DNA of 63,989 nt, the filler included, from Octopus bimaculoides (taxonomy: Eukaryota), in assembly GCF_001194135.2 (NCBI RefSeq). It is 5 parts of 5 records of this genome, joined end to end, with 100 filler letters (N's around TTAATTAATTAA, not from the genome) between each part and the next. Parts side by side here need not be neighbours in the genome. Positions count along the whole stretch, not along the records: positions 1 to 24,960 come from NC_069004.1; 4 more parts are not named here. One strand, written 5' to 3'. The notes below the pieces were generated by a model. It was not told the origin of the DNA. It did not search any database and saw only the letters and a program-made list of their open reading frames with translations. The position numbers were made by a program, and so were the translations under genes. Every line of letters starts with the position of its first letter. Positions within the stretch are counted from its first letter, which is position 1. This document shows, one piece after another, positions 1 to 12,267 of the stretch.

Positions 1-596
1 GTTTCAAACTTCTTCATAGCTCCTTTGTATACTCTGATCCTTTCTTTATGTTCTGTAACCTGAGAACTGCATGCGGTGAACGAAATGTTGTATATGTCTC
101 TTTAATTCTGTAGGGTTGCACACATAGCAGAGACACAGAACTTAGACAAATTACAGAATCTACACACATAATAGAAGATAAACCTAGCCTGAATAGGAAA
201 CTAAAATGGAACACTAACACACACCCCTAACAAACCACAAACCACAACATATGACAATACGTTCCCCATAAACCAATAACAATATGAACAAAATATAATA
301 CAATACATAGATAAACAAATGGAATTAGATACTACATACGTTAGCAAAATTTAATTAAATACAAAAAAAAGTAGATATAAACACATGAACAAATAAATAA
401 ATAAAAACAAAAACAAACGAATATGTATTAACAGAGGATATATATAATACAGGCACTCCCCATACACACACATGCACTTACAAAAACATAGACACATTGA
501 AGGATACGCATGCGTAGACACATACAATAGGAATACAAAATACAAAATGGCTGATAGTTAGCAAGGTGAGACACACATAAGAAAGAAGAAAGCAAA

Positions 597-641
597 GGAC
601 CACTGATGAGGTCACAGAAGTGTGACGAAAGAACTCTGGCC
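597..641 (+). ncRNA. Minimal type I hammerhead-ribozyme-like motif
   Basis: ggacca-CTGATGA-g-gtcaca(gaag)tgtgac-GAAA-g(aa)c-TC-tggcc. Core boxes are in the correct order, stem II has 6 bp, and stem I is bulged. Stem III has only 2 bp and is the weak point. Confidence 0.45.
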
Positions 642-656
642 GAAATNNNNNNNNNN

Positions 657-712
<56 letters not shown>

Positions 713-2040
713 ATACATATATAAATACATACATGCATATATATATATAAATTTGTGCTACTATCACTTTTATGCTGTGAAAACAACGCAATAATCTGAC
801 AAGCTTGTATAGCATACCTTGTGTTTCCAAGCAATTTTTCAGACCGAAATATACAGCATAGTATAGTCGCCTTCGTCAGACTATTGATGGTAACTAAAAC
901 AAAACTTCGACATCACTCACAACTTTTTTATTGTAAAAATAACACACACGTATAAACATTATACATACATTGATACATAGATACACACATATATACATAC
1001 TTGTGTGCGCGTGTGTGTGTGTGCATGCAAACATACATACAAATACACACAGGGAAGGTTTTTGGGTATATATAAAAAAGTATTTTGAAAAAATATATTA
1101 CATTTTTAATTTCGCCTTAAGAATTAATTACGTAATCAAATAATTAACGACATAATTCGAAACAAACATCCTTCTAATCACTATTATTGCGAGTTTGAAA
1201 TCTTTAATTCCAAATTAACTGTTGTCATACCCTCAAAGACGTTCCTACTTTCAAACTACTTATTCCTGTCACCGAATTATCTGTTTATGAAGATCTGAAG
1301 ATAAAAATCAGTCGCCATTTCTTGTAACAATTTGTCTGGCATTGATGCACAATTCTTCTAATTTCATTAATTTATCAAAAAAAAAAANNNNNNNNNNNNN
1401 NNNNNNNNNNNNNNNNNNNNNNNNNNNNNNNNNNNNNNNNNNNNNNNNNNNNNNNNNNNNNNNNNNNNNNNNNNNNNNNNNNNNNNNNNNNNNNNNNNNN
1501 NNNNNNNNNNNNNNNNNNNNNNNNNNNNNNNNNNNNNNNNNNNNNNNNNNNNNNNNNNNNNNNNNNNNNNNNNNNNNNNNNNNNNNNNNNNNNNNNNNNN
1601 NNNNNNNNNNNNNNNNNNNNNNNNNNNNNNNNNNNNNNNNNNNNNNNNNNNNNNNNNNNNNNNNNNNNNNNNNNNNNNNNNNNNNNNNNNNNNNNNNNNN
1701 NNNNNNNNNNNNNNNNNNNNNNNNNNNNNNNNNNNNNNNNNNNNNNNNNNNNNNNNNNNNNNNNNNNNNNNNNNNNNNNNNNNNNNNNNNNNNNNNNNNN
1801 NNNNNNNNNNNNNNNNNNNNNNNNNNNNNNNNNNNNNNNNNNNNNNNNNNNNNNAAACATTGTTGTTTTCCTCTCTTCCTCTCTCTCTTACGCTCATCTC
1901 TTTCTCTCTTTTTCTCTCCCTCTCATTTATAGATCGTTGTTTTTCTCTTTCTCTCTTCTCCCCCCCCCATCACTCATTCTCCGTTGTTATCCGTTTTACA
2001 CTTTCTTTCTCTCTCACTTGCTTACCTTTCTTGCAAGAGA

Positions 2041-2086
<46 letters not shown>

Positions 2087-2391
2087 AGAGGAAACGGAAA
2101 GTGAGTGTGTGAGAGTGAGTGTGTGTGTAAGAGAGAGAATGAGTGAGAGTGAGAGTGAGAGGGAGAATGTGAGGGTGTGTGAGAGAAAAATTTAAGTTTT
2201 TAAAATATCTTATTTTGCTACTTCAGTTCTACAGCAACTGTATTGATTTATCATTTATAGAGACAGACACACGGAGGTTGGGCAGCTGAATAGTGACGGT
2301 AGTTGTGGTGGTGGGGGAGAAGGTAGTGGTGGCTGAGAGTAGTAGTATTAGTAGTAATAGTAGTAGTAGTATTCTTAGTAATTGCAGTGTT

Positions 2392-2438
<47 letters not shown>

Positions 2439-3345
2439 GTAACGACTAACCCCCTCCCCTCAAAATTGCAAAATAGCTGGACTTGTTCTGAAATCAGAAA
2501 CCGTTATTGCGACTTGGTGATTGCTGTGTCTCGGCCCATTTCTGGGGAAGAAATGGGCTGAGAAGCACCCATCTCTGAAAGGTCGCCTCCCTCCTATATC
2601 ACATTCTGATCGTCGTACTTTGCTTCAGTTTACGCCTGACCTGACTGGAACACCTGCTTTTCCGCTTTCTGTGGAAAGGGCGCGTTCCCACTGATCAGGC
2701 GCTCCATTTGTTGTCAATAACTGCTGAGTGGACAACTGGACATGTGGTGGCTAATGATGCACAGATGTGTTTCTTTGACAGTGAGTACATGCAGTTGTCC
2801 ATTGCCAGACACACTTTTTTTCTTCAGCTCGTTTCTTTAACAGAACTGTAGTCCTGGGACAAGTAAAGAACAAGACAGAGCGTTTAACAACTAGGATGTC
2901 ATCAAGCGTTCACAGCTCCCGACCAACTGGAGGTAGTGTGATCAGTGGAAGTTCCATTTTGACATACTATAGAGGGCTAGCGGCGGGTAAGTGCAGAGAG
3001 TCTCTGGGCATCGACGAAAATCAACTTGCTGGTCTATTCTGGAGATCGCTCGAGCCAGAGTCAATGGATAATTTTGAGAAACCTCCGGCTTGGTAATGCT
3101 ACCAGAGATGGTGAGGAAGAGTATTGCCAACTCGAGGTAAATTCTAAAAGCCTGTTTGCTCAAGATGTACGAAAACCGATGAAACTGTTCGGCACGTACA
3201 AGTCATTGTTGACCTGTGGGGTTATGTCGAACGCTTGTCGCGTGAAAGACAGATTTAGCTATCACCCGAGTCCTTAATATACATAGAGAAATATGCACTT
3301 GTATATCTGTCAGTAGAAGGCGTATATTAACCAAACTATACAGTA

Positions 3346-3600
3346 TCATGTGGAGGCGCGTGGCTTTGTAGTTAGGATGTTGGACCCATAGTGGTAAGAT
3401 TGTAGTTTCGATTCCTGGACAGGGCGACGCGTTGAGTTCTTGAGCAAAAAACATCATTTTCCGTTGCTCCAATTCATTCAGCTGGCAAAAATGAGTAATT
3501 CTGTGACGGATCTGCGTTTCATCCAGGGGTAGTATATGCACTACAGAAACCGGAAAACTGGTCCTGTGAGTCTGTATGACTCGGAAAGGAGCTATACAGT
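3346..3600 (+). mobile_element. tRNA-derived SINE (V-SINE-like), diverged
   Basis: A box tggctttgtagttagg, B box gtttcgattcc, then ttgagcaaaa and a gtgacggatctgcgtttcatccagggg segment resembling the V domain (family name from memory). Confidence 0.6.
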
Positions 3601-4178
3601 ATTATAGGTCCAGTTAAGCCGATCTTTCCAGTCAGTTCTGCACTGGGAATTAAATAACCGGATATTAGGTAACAGCACGGGTATGTGGGTATTTGAAAAT
3701 ATCTCGCGGTGTGACAACCGTGTCCTGCATAGTTATGGGCTGCCCTTTGGCAAGGCATAACACCCGTTCAACCGCCCTGAGACTGCAGCATGGCGGATTG
3801 TGAAGAGGTAGCGGAAGAGCTCAACTGAGCCAACGATGCTTCTTACATCCATGCTGAGCAGAAGAATCGTAGAAGATTAACGGTCAAGATCACCATTGGG
3901 GTTGTGTAATCATCTAATGAAAGATTCACTATGACTCAAACTACCAATTCAAATTCATAAAAATGGAATTGGATGGTGACAGAGAATCCTGGGAATCTGC
4001 GAAAGTTGCGAAAACAACAAACAAACAAACAAACAAAACTTCAGAAAGTAACAGTATGGTTATTTAATACAAAGTGTAAACCGATTAGAAGGAATGGCTG
4101 AAATGGATCTACAGTACTGTATACTTTGATTAATATGTGTGTGTGTGTGTGTGTGTGTACGAATGAATGAAAAAAAAT

Positions 4179-5368
4179 GAAACCATTGTAAGTGAGAGTG
4201 GGAACGGGGCTGGATGCAGTAGAGAACAATAATGGTATTGTGAGGCTGGTAATTTCGATCCTTATTGGTGCCAATTATCAGTCGTAATGCGGCTGAATAT
4301 TGCTTCTCTCAACTTTAGATATAAATACCTCATAGAAATTTCTTCTGATCAGACAGAAAGTTTTCTGCTAGTTTATCTGAATATGACATGGCAGACTGGT
4401 ATGGTGGAATGGGTTTCACTTTCCAACACAGATCATTCTCTGTTCAAAACCACATGCCGAAAAAACAAACAAAAAATACAATGAGAAATAGCAAATGAGA
4501 GAGGAGAGAGCTGAGAGCTTTTTGGTGGAGGAGGTGTATAATTTGTTAGAAATAAGAACCAGTTCTTCCTCATATCACACCAAACAGTCCTATAATATTC
4601 TGGGAAAGTCACATCCCATAATGGAGTTGTATATAAAAGCTAAATCAGAGATATACACGAAAACTGAATGCCTTACATCCTTGGTCTGTAAGCTAAAGCA
4701 GGTAGTGATCACCACTACCACCCGTAACGAAAACATCGTCGATACAACAGCAATAATAATAACAAAAGAAAATGAAATGCCTCGAACCAACAAAGGAGCC
4801 TCTACGTGGACTCTGGACCTGCTAAAAATAAATACAAACTGTATCTACCTTAGCATTTTTAAAATACGAAGGACAACATTAGCATGTAGCGGTATTTCTA
4901 TGAATAGGCAGGATGGCTGCCTTTGGAATATCTTTGATCAAATAACAACTGTTTAATAAGACTCACCAGAGCTAAACAACAACAACAACAACAACAATGA
5001 ATCCACCGCCGCCACCGCCACCACCAAGAAGAAGAAGAAGAAGAAGAAGAAGAACAACAACAACAACAGCATTAAAAATAATATCAACTCAGGAATAAAT
5101 AAACATGCATATAGCAAATTTAATAATTCGTACACTGTATGTGGTGATGTGTAATTCTGCTCGCTGGTGTATTGTCTAGTCAACAAGGAAGTCTGATCAG
5201 ACGAAATTTCTATAAGGTGTTTACATGTAAAGTTGAGAGAAGCAATATTCAGCCATATTACAACTGATAATTGGCACCGATAAGGATCGAAATTGCCAAC
5301 CTCACAATACCATCTTTGTTCTCTACTGTGCCTCCCTCCCAATTCCCTTTCTCATTTGCAATGATTTC
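4179..5368. mobile_element. Fold-back element or inverted pair of a dispersed repeat (about 176-bp arms)
   Basis: 4179-4354 is the reverse complement of 5191-5368 (e.g. atggtattgtgagg...ctgatcagac), roughly 80-88% identical by eye, around a spacer of about 840 bp. Confidence 0.7.
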
Positions 5369-5878
5369 GTAGAGTTCGTATCATGGGTTGTTGTGTGCAC
5401 AGAATACAGGCACACCCACACGTGCACACTCAAACAAACACACACATACACACAATATCCTAAACACACGCACTATATGTATGTATATATCACACACACA
5501 CATACACATATACATATATATATACAGACAAGCATACAAAACGTGTGTGCATATATATATATATATACATACATGCACACATATATATANNNNNNNNNNN
5601 NNNNNNNNNNNNNNNNNNNNNNNNNNNNNNNNNNNNNNNNNNNNNNNNNNNNNNNNNNNNNNNNNNNNNNNNNNNNNNNNNNNNNNNNNNNNNNNNNNNN
5701 NNNNNNNNNNNNNNNNNNNNNNNNNNNNNNNNNNNNATATATACATCTATCTATACATATATACATACACACATACATATATACATTATTACACGCATGC
5801 AAACACACACACTCACATATATGTATATATATATATATATGTGTGTGTGTGTATGTATATATATATGTATGTATATAG

Positions 5879-5910
<32 letters not shown>

Positions 5911-5953
5911 ATGTGTGCGTGTGTATGTGTGCGTGGGTGCATGGTAACTATAG

Positions 5954-5994
<41 letters not shown>

Positions 5995-6357
5995 TAAATC
6001 CACTCAATCGCAACAGAGACAGGAAGAGAGTGTGGGAGGAAGAGAAAGACAAACGTCAACTGATGTCATAGGGAAAGTACATAGAGTACATTGAGTACGC
6101 AGTCAACAAGCATTGTTCCACTCCCACCCATCTACACCATTCCCATACCAGAACCACCCACCTACCTCCCATCACAACACGCTTCCTTTAACCGTCACCA
6201 CCACTACCACCACCACCACCGCCGCCGCCGCCGCCGCCACCACCAAAATATTTATGACAACGATGACAACAACAGCGCTGATGCCTTCAAGTATTGGAGA
6301 GAATATCGCAAGGTATGCTGTTTGTCCCAACGGCAACTTTTGAAAATGTTTGGTAAG

Positions 6358-7945
6358 CAGGAACCATATATGGAAGGAATTATATATTGAAGGAACTATA
6401 TATGGAAGGAAGTTTATATGGAAGGAACTATATATAGAAGGAATTATGTATAATAGGGACTGTATATGGTGGGAGGTTTATATGGAAGGAACTATATATA
6501 GAAGGAATTATGTATATGCTATATATAGTAGGGACTGTATATGGTGGGAGGTTTATATGGAAGGAACTATATATAGAAGGAACTATGTATATGCTATATA
6601 TAGTAGAGACTGTATATGGTGGGAGGTTTATATGGAAGGAACTATATATAGAAGGAACTATGTATATGCTATATATAANNNNNNNNNNNNNNNNNNNNNN
6701 NNNNNNNNNNNNNNNNNNNNNNNNNNNNNNNNNNNNNNNNNNNNNNNNNNNNNNNNNNNNNNNNNNNNNNNNNNNNNNNNNNNNNNNNNNNNNNNNNNNN
6801 NNNNNNNNNNNNNNNNNNNNNNNNNNNNNNNNNNNNNNNNNNNNNNNNNNNNNNNNNNNNNNNNNNNNNNNNNNNNNNNNNNNNNNNNNNNNNNNNNNNN
6901 NNNNNNNNNNNNNNNNNNNNNNNNNNNNNNNNNNNNNNNNNNNNNNNNNNNNNNNNNNNNNNNNNNNNNNNNNNNNNNNNNNNNNNNNNNNNNNNNNNNN
7001 NNNNNNNNNNNNNNNNNNNNNNNNNNNNNNNNNNNNNNNNNNNNNNNNNNNNNNNNNNNNNNNNNNNNNNNNNNNNNNNNNNNNNNNNNNNNNNNNNNNN
7101 NNNNNNNNNNNNNNNNNNNNNNNNNNNNNNNNNNNNNNNNNNNNNNNNNNNNNNNNNNNNNNNNNNNNNNNNNNNNNNNNNNNNNNNNNNNNNNNNNNNN
7201 NNNNNNNNNNNNNNNNNNNNNNNNNNNNNNNNNNNNNNNNNNNNNNNNNNNNNNNNNNNNNNNNNNNNNNNNNNNNNNNNNNNNNNNNNNNNNNNNNNNN
7301 NNNNNNNNNNNNNNNNNNNNNNNNNNNNNNNNNNNNNNNNNNNNNNNNNNNNNNNNNNNNNNNNNNNNNNNNNNNNNNNNNNNNNNNNNNNNNNNNNNNN
7401 NNNNNNNNNNNNNNNNNNNNNNNNNNNNNNNNNNNNNNNNNNNNNNNNNNNNNNNNNNNNNNNNNNNNNNNNNNNNNNNNNNNNNNNNNNNNNNNNNNNN
7501 NNNNNNNNNNNNNNNNNNNNNNNNNNNNNNNNNNNNNNNNNNNNNNNNNNNNNNNNNNNNNNNNNNNNNNNNNNNNNNNNNNNNNNNNNNNNNNATAGGG
7601 ACTGTATATGGTGGGAGGTTTATATGGAAGGAACTATATATAGAAGGAATTATGTATATGCTATATATAGTAGGGACTGTATATGGTGGGAGGTTTATAT
7701 GGAAGGAACTATATATAGAAGGAACTATGTATATGCTATATATAGTAGAGACTGTATATGGTGGGAGGTTTATATGGAAGGAACTATATATAGAAGGAAC
7801 TATGTATATGCTATATATAATAGGGACTGTATATGGTGGGAGGTTTGTATGGAAGGAACTATATATAGAAAGAACTATGTATATGCTATATATAGTAGGG
7901 ACTGTATATGGTGGGAGGTTTATATGGAAGGAACTATATACAGCC
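6358..7945. repeat. 75-bp minisatellite built from a monomer of about 16 bp (GGAAGGAACTATATAT)
   Basis: Unit tagggactgtatatggtgggaggtttatatggaaggaactatatatagaaggaactatgtatatgctatatatag. Three units precede the N gap (6679-7594) and about 4.6 follow it. Confidence 0.95.
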
Positions 7946-8049
7946 AGAACTATATACGAGTATGTCAGGAAGAGATCGAAATCTGTTCACTATGAAAGCA
8001 GCGACATAAACGCACCACAGTCACACTAACTATCATAGTAACATCGTTA

Positions 8050-8106
8050 CCACCACCACCACCGCCACCACCATCGCCGCCGCCGCCACTTCTGCTGCTG
8101 CTGCTG

Positions 8107-8164
<58 letters not shown>

Positions 8165-8257
8165 CATTGGCGCCAAAACCAGCACCACTACCACCACCAC
8201 CACCATCATAAATATTACAATTGTTGCCCCCCATCACCACTTCCAGCACAAACCACC

Positions 8258-8302
<45 letters not shown>

Positions 8303-8324
8303 GCTGCCACAACAACTACAACCG
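8050..8324. repeat. Compound trinucleotide repeat (CAC/CGC/CTG/CTA)
   Basis: Directly visible. Similar tracts lie at 2330-2440, 4975-5068, 22600-22850, 25840-26385, 37610-37815, 55150-55358 and 58210-58330. Confidence 0.95.
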
Positions 8325-9229
8325 NNNNNNNNNNNNNNNNNNNNNNNNNNNNNNNNNNNNNNNNNNNNNNNNNNNNNNNNNNNNNNNNNNNNNNNNNNNN
8401 NNNNNNNNNNNNNNNNNNNNNNNNNNNNNNNNNNNNNNNNNNNNNNNNNNNNNNNNNNNNNNNNNNNNNNNNNNNNNNNNNNNNNNNNNNNNNNNNNNNN
8501 NNNNNNNNNNNNNNNNNNNNNNNNNNNNNNNNNNNNNNNNNNNNNNNNNNNNNNNNNNNNNNNNNNNNNNNNNNNNNNNNNNNNNNNNNNNNNNNNNNNN
8601 NNNNNNNNNNNNNNNNNNNNNNNNNNNNNNNNNNNNNNNNNNNNNNNNNNNNNNNNNNNNNNNNNNNNNNNNNNNNNNNNNNNNNNNNNNNNNNNNNNNN
8701 NNNNNNNNNNNNNNNNNNNNNNNNNNNNNNNNNNNNNNNNNNNNNNNNNNNNNNNNNNNNNNNNNNNNNNNNNNNNNNNNNNNNNNNNNNNNNNNNNNNN
8801 NNNNNNNNNNNNNNNNNNNNNNNNNNNNNNNNNNNNNNNNNNNNNNNNNNNNNNNNNNNNNNNNNNNNNNNNNNNNNNNNNNNNNNNNNNNNNNNNNNNN
8901 NNNNNNNNNNNNNNNNNNNNNNNNNNNNNNNNNNNNNNNNNNNNNNNNNNNNNNNNNNNNNNNNNNNNNNNNNNNNNNNNNNNNNNNNNNNNNNNNNNNN
9001 NNNNNNNNNNNNNNNNNNNNNNNNNNNNNNNNNNNNNNNNNNNNNNNNNNNNNNNNNNNNNNNNNNNNNNNNNNNNNNNNNNNNNNNNNNNNNNNNNNNN
9101 NNNNNNNNNNNNNNNNNNNNNNNNNNNNNNNNNNNNNNNNNNNNNNNNNNNNNNNNNNNNNNNNNNNNNNNNNNNNNNNNNNNNNNNNNNNNNNNNNNNN
9201 NNNNNNNNNNNNNNNNNNNNNNNNNNNNA

Positions 9230-9292
9230 ACGGCAGACGAAATACAGCTAAGCATTTTGCCCGGCATGCTAACATTTCTGCCAGCTCGCCGC
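9230..9292 (-). mobile_element. SINE family A, tRNA-like head fragment
   Basis: Reverse complement aggcggcgagctggcagaaatgttagcatgccgggcaaaatgcttagc matches the other family A heads in the window. Confidence 0.85.
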
Positions 9293-9360
<68 letters not shown>

Positions 9361-9881
9361 ATAATTTATATTATTAATATCATTAATGCTAGGGAATTCA
9401 CCTCTCGATATTTCGGTCTATTACCCTCTTTGTCTCTGTGCTAAGAACCTGACCGTAAATATATCCAAGAAACTTTCAAATATAATTTTTGGTGCCACTG
9501 ATGATCGCAGCAGTTGTATTTCATACTCTTCCATTCGTTTATTTGTTCCAACGATCAGGCTCCTGGTAATGTATGTCTTTCAGGTTTATTTCAAGATTTC
9601 TTGCCAATAGAAACCAGCAGGGTATTTTAGCATGTATGTATGTGTGCAGATTTCTGTTTTCTTTTATGCATGTATTCTCATGCATATAGTTGCATGTCTA
9701 GACATGAGCATATATACTTAAAGTTTTATCAATTTTTACGGTTCCAGTGATGGCTTGGATCTGTAGTCTTCGAATCAACTTCCTCCTTTCTGGTTTTGAG
9801 AAGCTTAATTTCTCAAGATTGATATTTAGACAGTGTGTTACATATGTATGTATGTATGTATGTATGTATGTGTGTGTGTGT

Positions 9882-9923
<42 letters not shown>

Positions 9924-10058
9924 AGAGCATAAATGTATGTCCAATGAGGTTCTTTGTTAGAAGCCAGTCCTTCCTCAAAGGAAGAATTTAATAAAAACAT
10001 ATCACATATATACATACATAGATACATGCATGCATACACACATACATACATACATACA

Positions 10059-10090
<32 letters not shown>

Positions 10091-10109
10091 CATACATACA
10101 CATATACAT

Positions 10110-11225
10110 GTGACTGGGTGTTGAAGCAACTAATGAATCTTTCAAACGTGGATGTGATATATATCGATTTGCAAAGGCGTTTGATAAGGCTTATCACGAG
10201 ATGATATGTCACAAGCTACGGAGACTCGGTATAGACGGAAAACTGGGAGAGTGGTTACAATGACTTCTTAAAAGACGGAAGCCAGGCTGTGGCAACCAAT
10301 GGGACCCTCTCTAAGGAGTCTGTATTAGCAAGTGGAGTGTATCAAGGATGTGTCTTGGGACCACTGCTGTTTATGGGAGGCCTTTCGGACATGCTATCAG
10401 TTACACAGACAGCCACACTTACTAGCTAGCCGACGACACAAAAGTAATAAAAGCAGTCAAAGAATCTTTCAATGCTAATCTTGTACTGAAAGGCCTGGAT
10501 GCCATATATAAAAGGGCTTAAAAGAAAACAAGATGCAATTATTGCAGGAAAATCCCAAGTCCTCAGCTATCGGCCAGCTTGCGCTAACATGCCTCAACAA
10601 AGATATTTTGGACCAAGAGGAGCAGTAATCCCAGAGTCAAGTACAATACGTGATCTGTACACCTCATTTTCTGTACATACCACCAAGATGGTAATGATGT
10701 GCTGGCGAATGGCTGGCTGGATTCTGAGAACTTTCAGAAGAAGGGACCAGGAAACTATCTGGTTCCATGGAGGACATTTGTCTTCAGCCGTCTGAATTAC
10801 TGTTCTCAACTGTGGTCCCTCCAGAGTGTCAAATTAATAGGGAAACTTGAAGGAGTTCAGCGGTGCTATACCAGGAGGATTGCATCAATGGAATAGCTGT
10901 GCTACTGGGAGAGACTCAACGAGTTACAACTCTATACCCTGGAGCAAAGACAGGAGAGATATGCGGTGGTACACATAATGGAAGATCATAGGGGTTTCGG
11001 TACCAAACTTTGGCATTCAAAGTTATACCAACCTCCGAACTAGACGTCACTGCACTGTTCCAAAGGTCTCAGCTATCCCGATTAGAGTGAGGACCATATA
11101 TTGCAATTACCTGGGATTCAGGGACCCACAGCTATTTAATATTTTGCCAAAAACAACTGAGAGATTTACACGAAGTAGGGGTGGATGTTCTCCAGAACCA
11201 ACTTGACCTCCTACTGAACAAAATA
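10110..11225 (+). mobile_element. CR1/L2-clade LINE, 5'-truncated and degenerate reverse transcriptase
   Basis: Frameshifted NVDVIYIDFAKAFDK, SGVYQGCVLGPLLF, S(Y)ADDTK (1-nt deletion at about 10428), and C-terminal NYCSQLWS...KLEGVQR...YWERL. Confidence 0.9.
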
Positions 11226-11470
11226 ATAAGAATAAAAAGAAAAACACGAGTAAGATAAGAGTTAAAGTAAAAATAACATAAAATAGAACGTTTTGCACTG
11301 TAATTAATACAACATGAAAGAGGTTGCGAAACGGCCGTAACCCCATGGAAGTTACTCGGTTAAATAAATAAATATATATTCAACTCTCAAACCTTCTGAC
11401 TATGTTTTTTCATTTTTACATATACATACATACATACATACATACATGCATACATACACACGCACACACA

Positions 11471-11635
11471 TATACGACGGGCTTCTTTTATTTTCCGTCT
11501 ACCAAATCTACCTACGAGGCCTTGGCCGGCTGGGACTATAGGAGACGAAGGCACCGGCCCAAGATGCCAAGTGGTGGAACTGAACCAGGAACCATGTGGT
11601 TGGGAAGCAAACTCCTTACTATACAGCAATGCCTG
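11471..11635 (-). mobile_element. SINE family B (tRNA head plus CORE-like domain), 5' part
   Basis: Matches the family B consensus ...ccacatggttccgggttcagt...ggcaccttgggcaag...ggtagacggaaa...gaagcccgtcgtata. Confidence 0.8.
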
Positions 11636-12183
11636 TGCCAATGAACATAGTTATCATTCACACACTCAGACACACATTCACACACATACAAACACACGCA
11701 CACACACACGAACGCACACACACACACACACACACACCCACACACACAGACACACACCACACAGACACACACCACAGACACACCACAGAAACACCACACG
11801 CATACACACATACCGCACACACACAGATACAGACACACACACAGACATACACGCACACCGTTGCGCGCCTGCACACACATACACACACACACGTACACAC
11901 AAATACACATATCGAAGGACAGTCCAAGAGTTTCGTTATTCTTATGAAAATAATTCTGTTTCCTTTGGTTTTACCAATTTTCTGTAAACGTTGATTGTCA
12001 AATATATTCGATGAAGTCTTGTAAAAACTAACAGGCATTTTACGCAGTCAGTTGCAAACTTCAGAAATTCTTCTCAAATTTAATATCTTTATTAAATAAT
12101 TAATGTGTTTATAATATGGAATTTTCAAAAACATCGAAGAAAAGCAAATATGTTGCCGCCTTACGATATATACAATTCTATGC

Positions 12184-12267
<84 letters not shown>

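Noticed and set aside
818-880. Third hammerhead-like motif on - (CTGACGA-aggc...gtct-GAAA)
   Set aside because: Core boxes and a stem II are present, but the would-be cleavage triplet is UUG and stem I cannot be formed convincingly.
6091-6356. Possible exon (HHHRRR...ADAFKYWREYRK|gtatg)
   Set aside because: No recognisable homology, no clear acceptor, and much of it is trinucleotide repeat.
6358-7945. CRISPR array, or a reflectin-like Tyr/Met/Trp repeat gene
   Set aside because: The units are contiguous with no unique spacers and the DNA is eukaryotic. The peptide lacks the reflectin MD(X5)MD motif.
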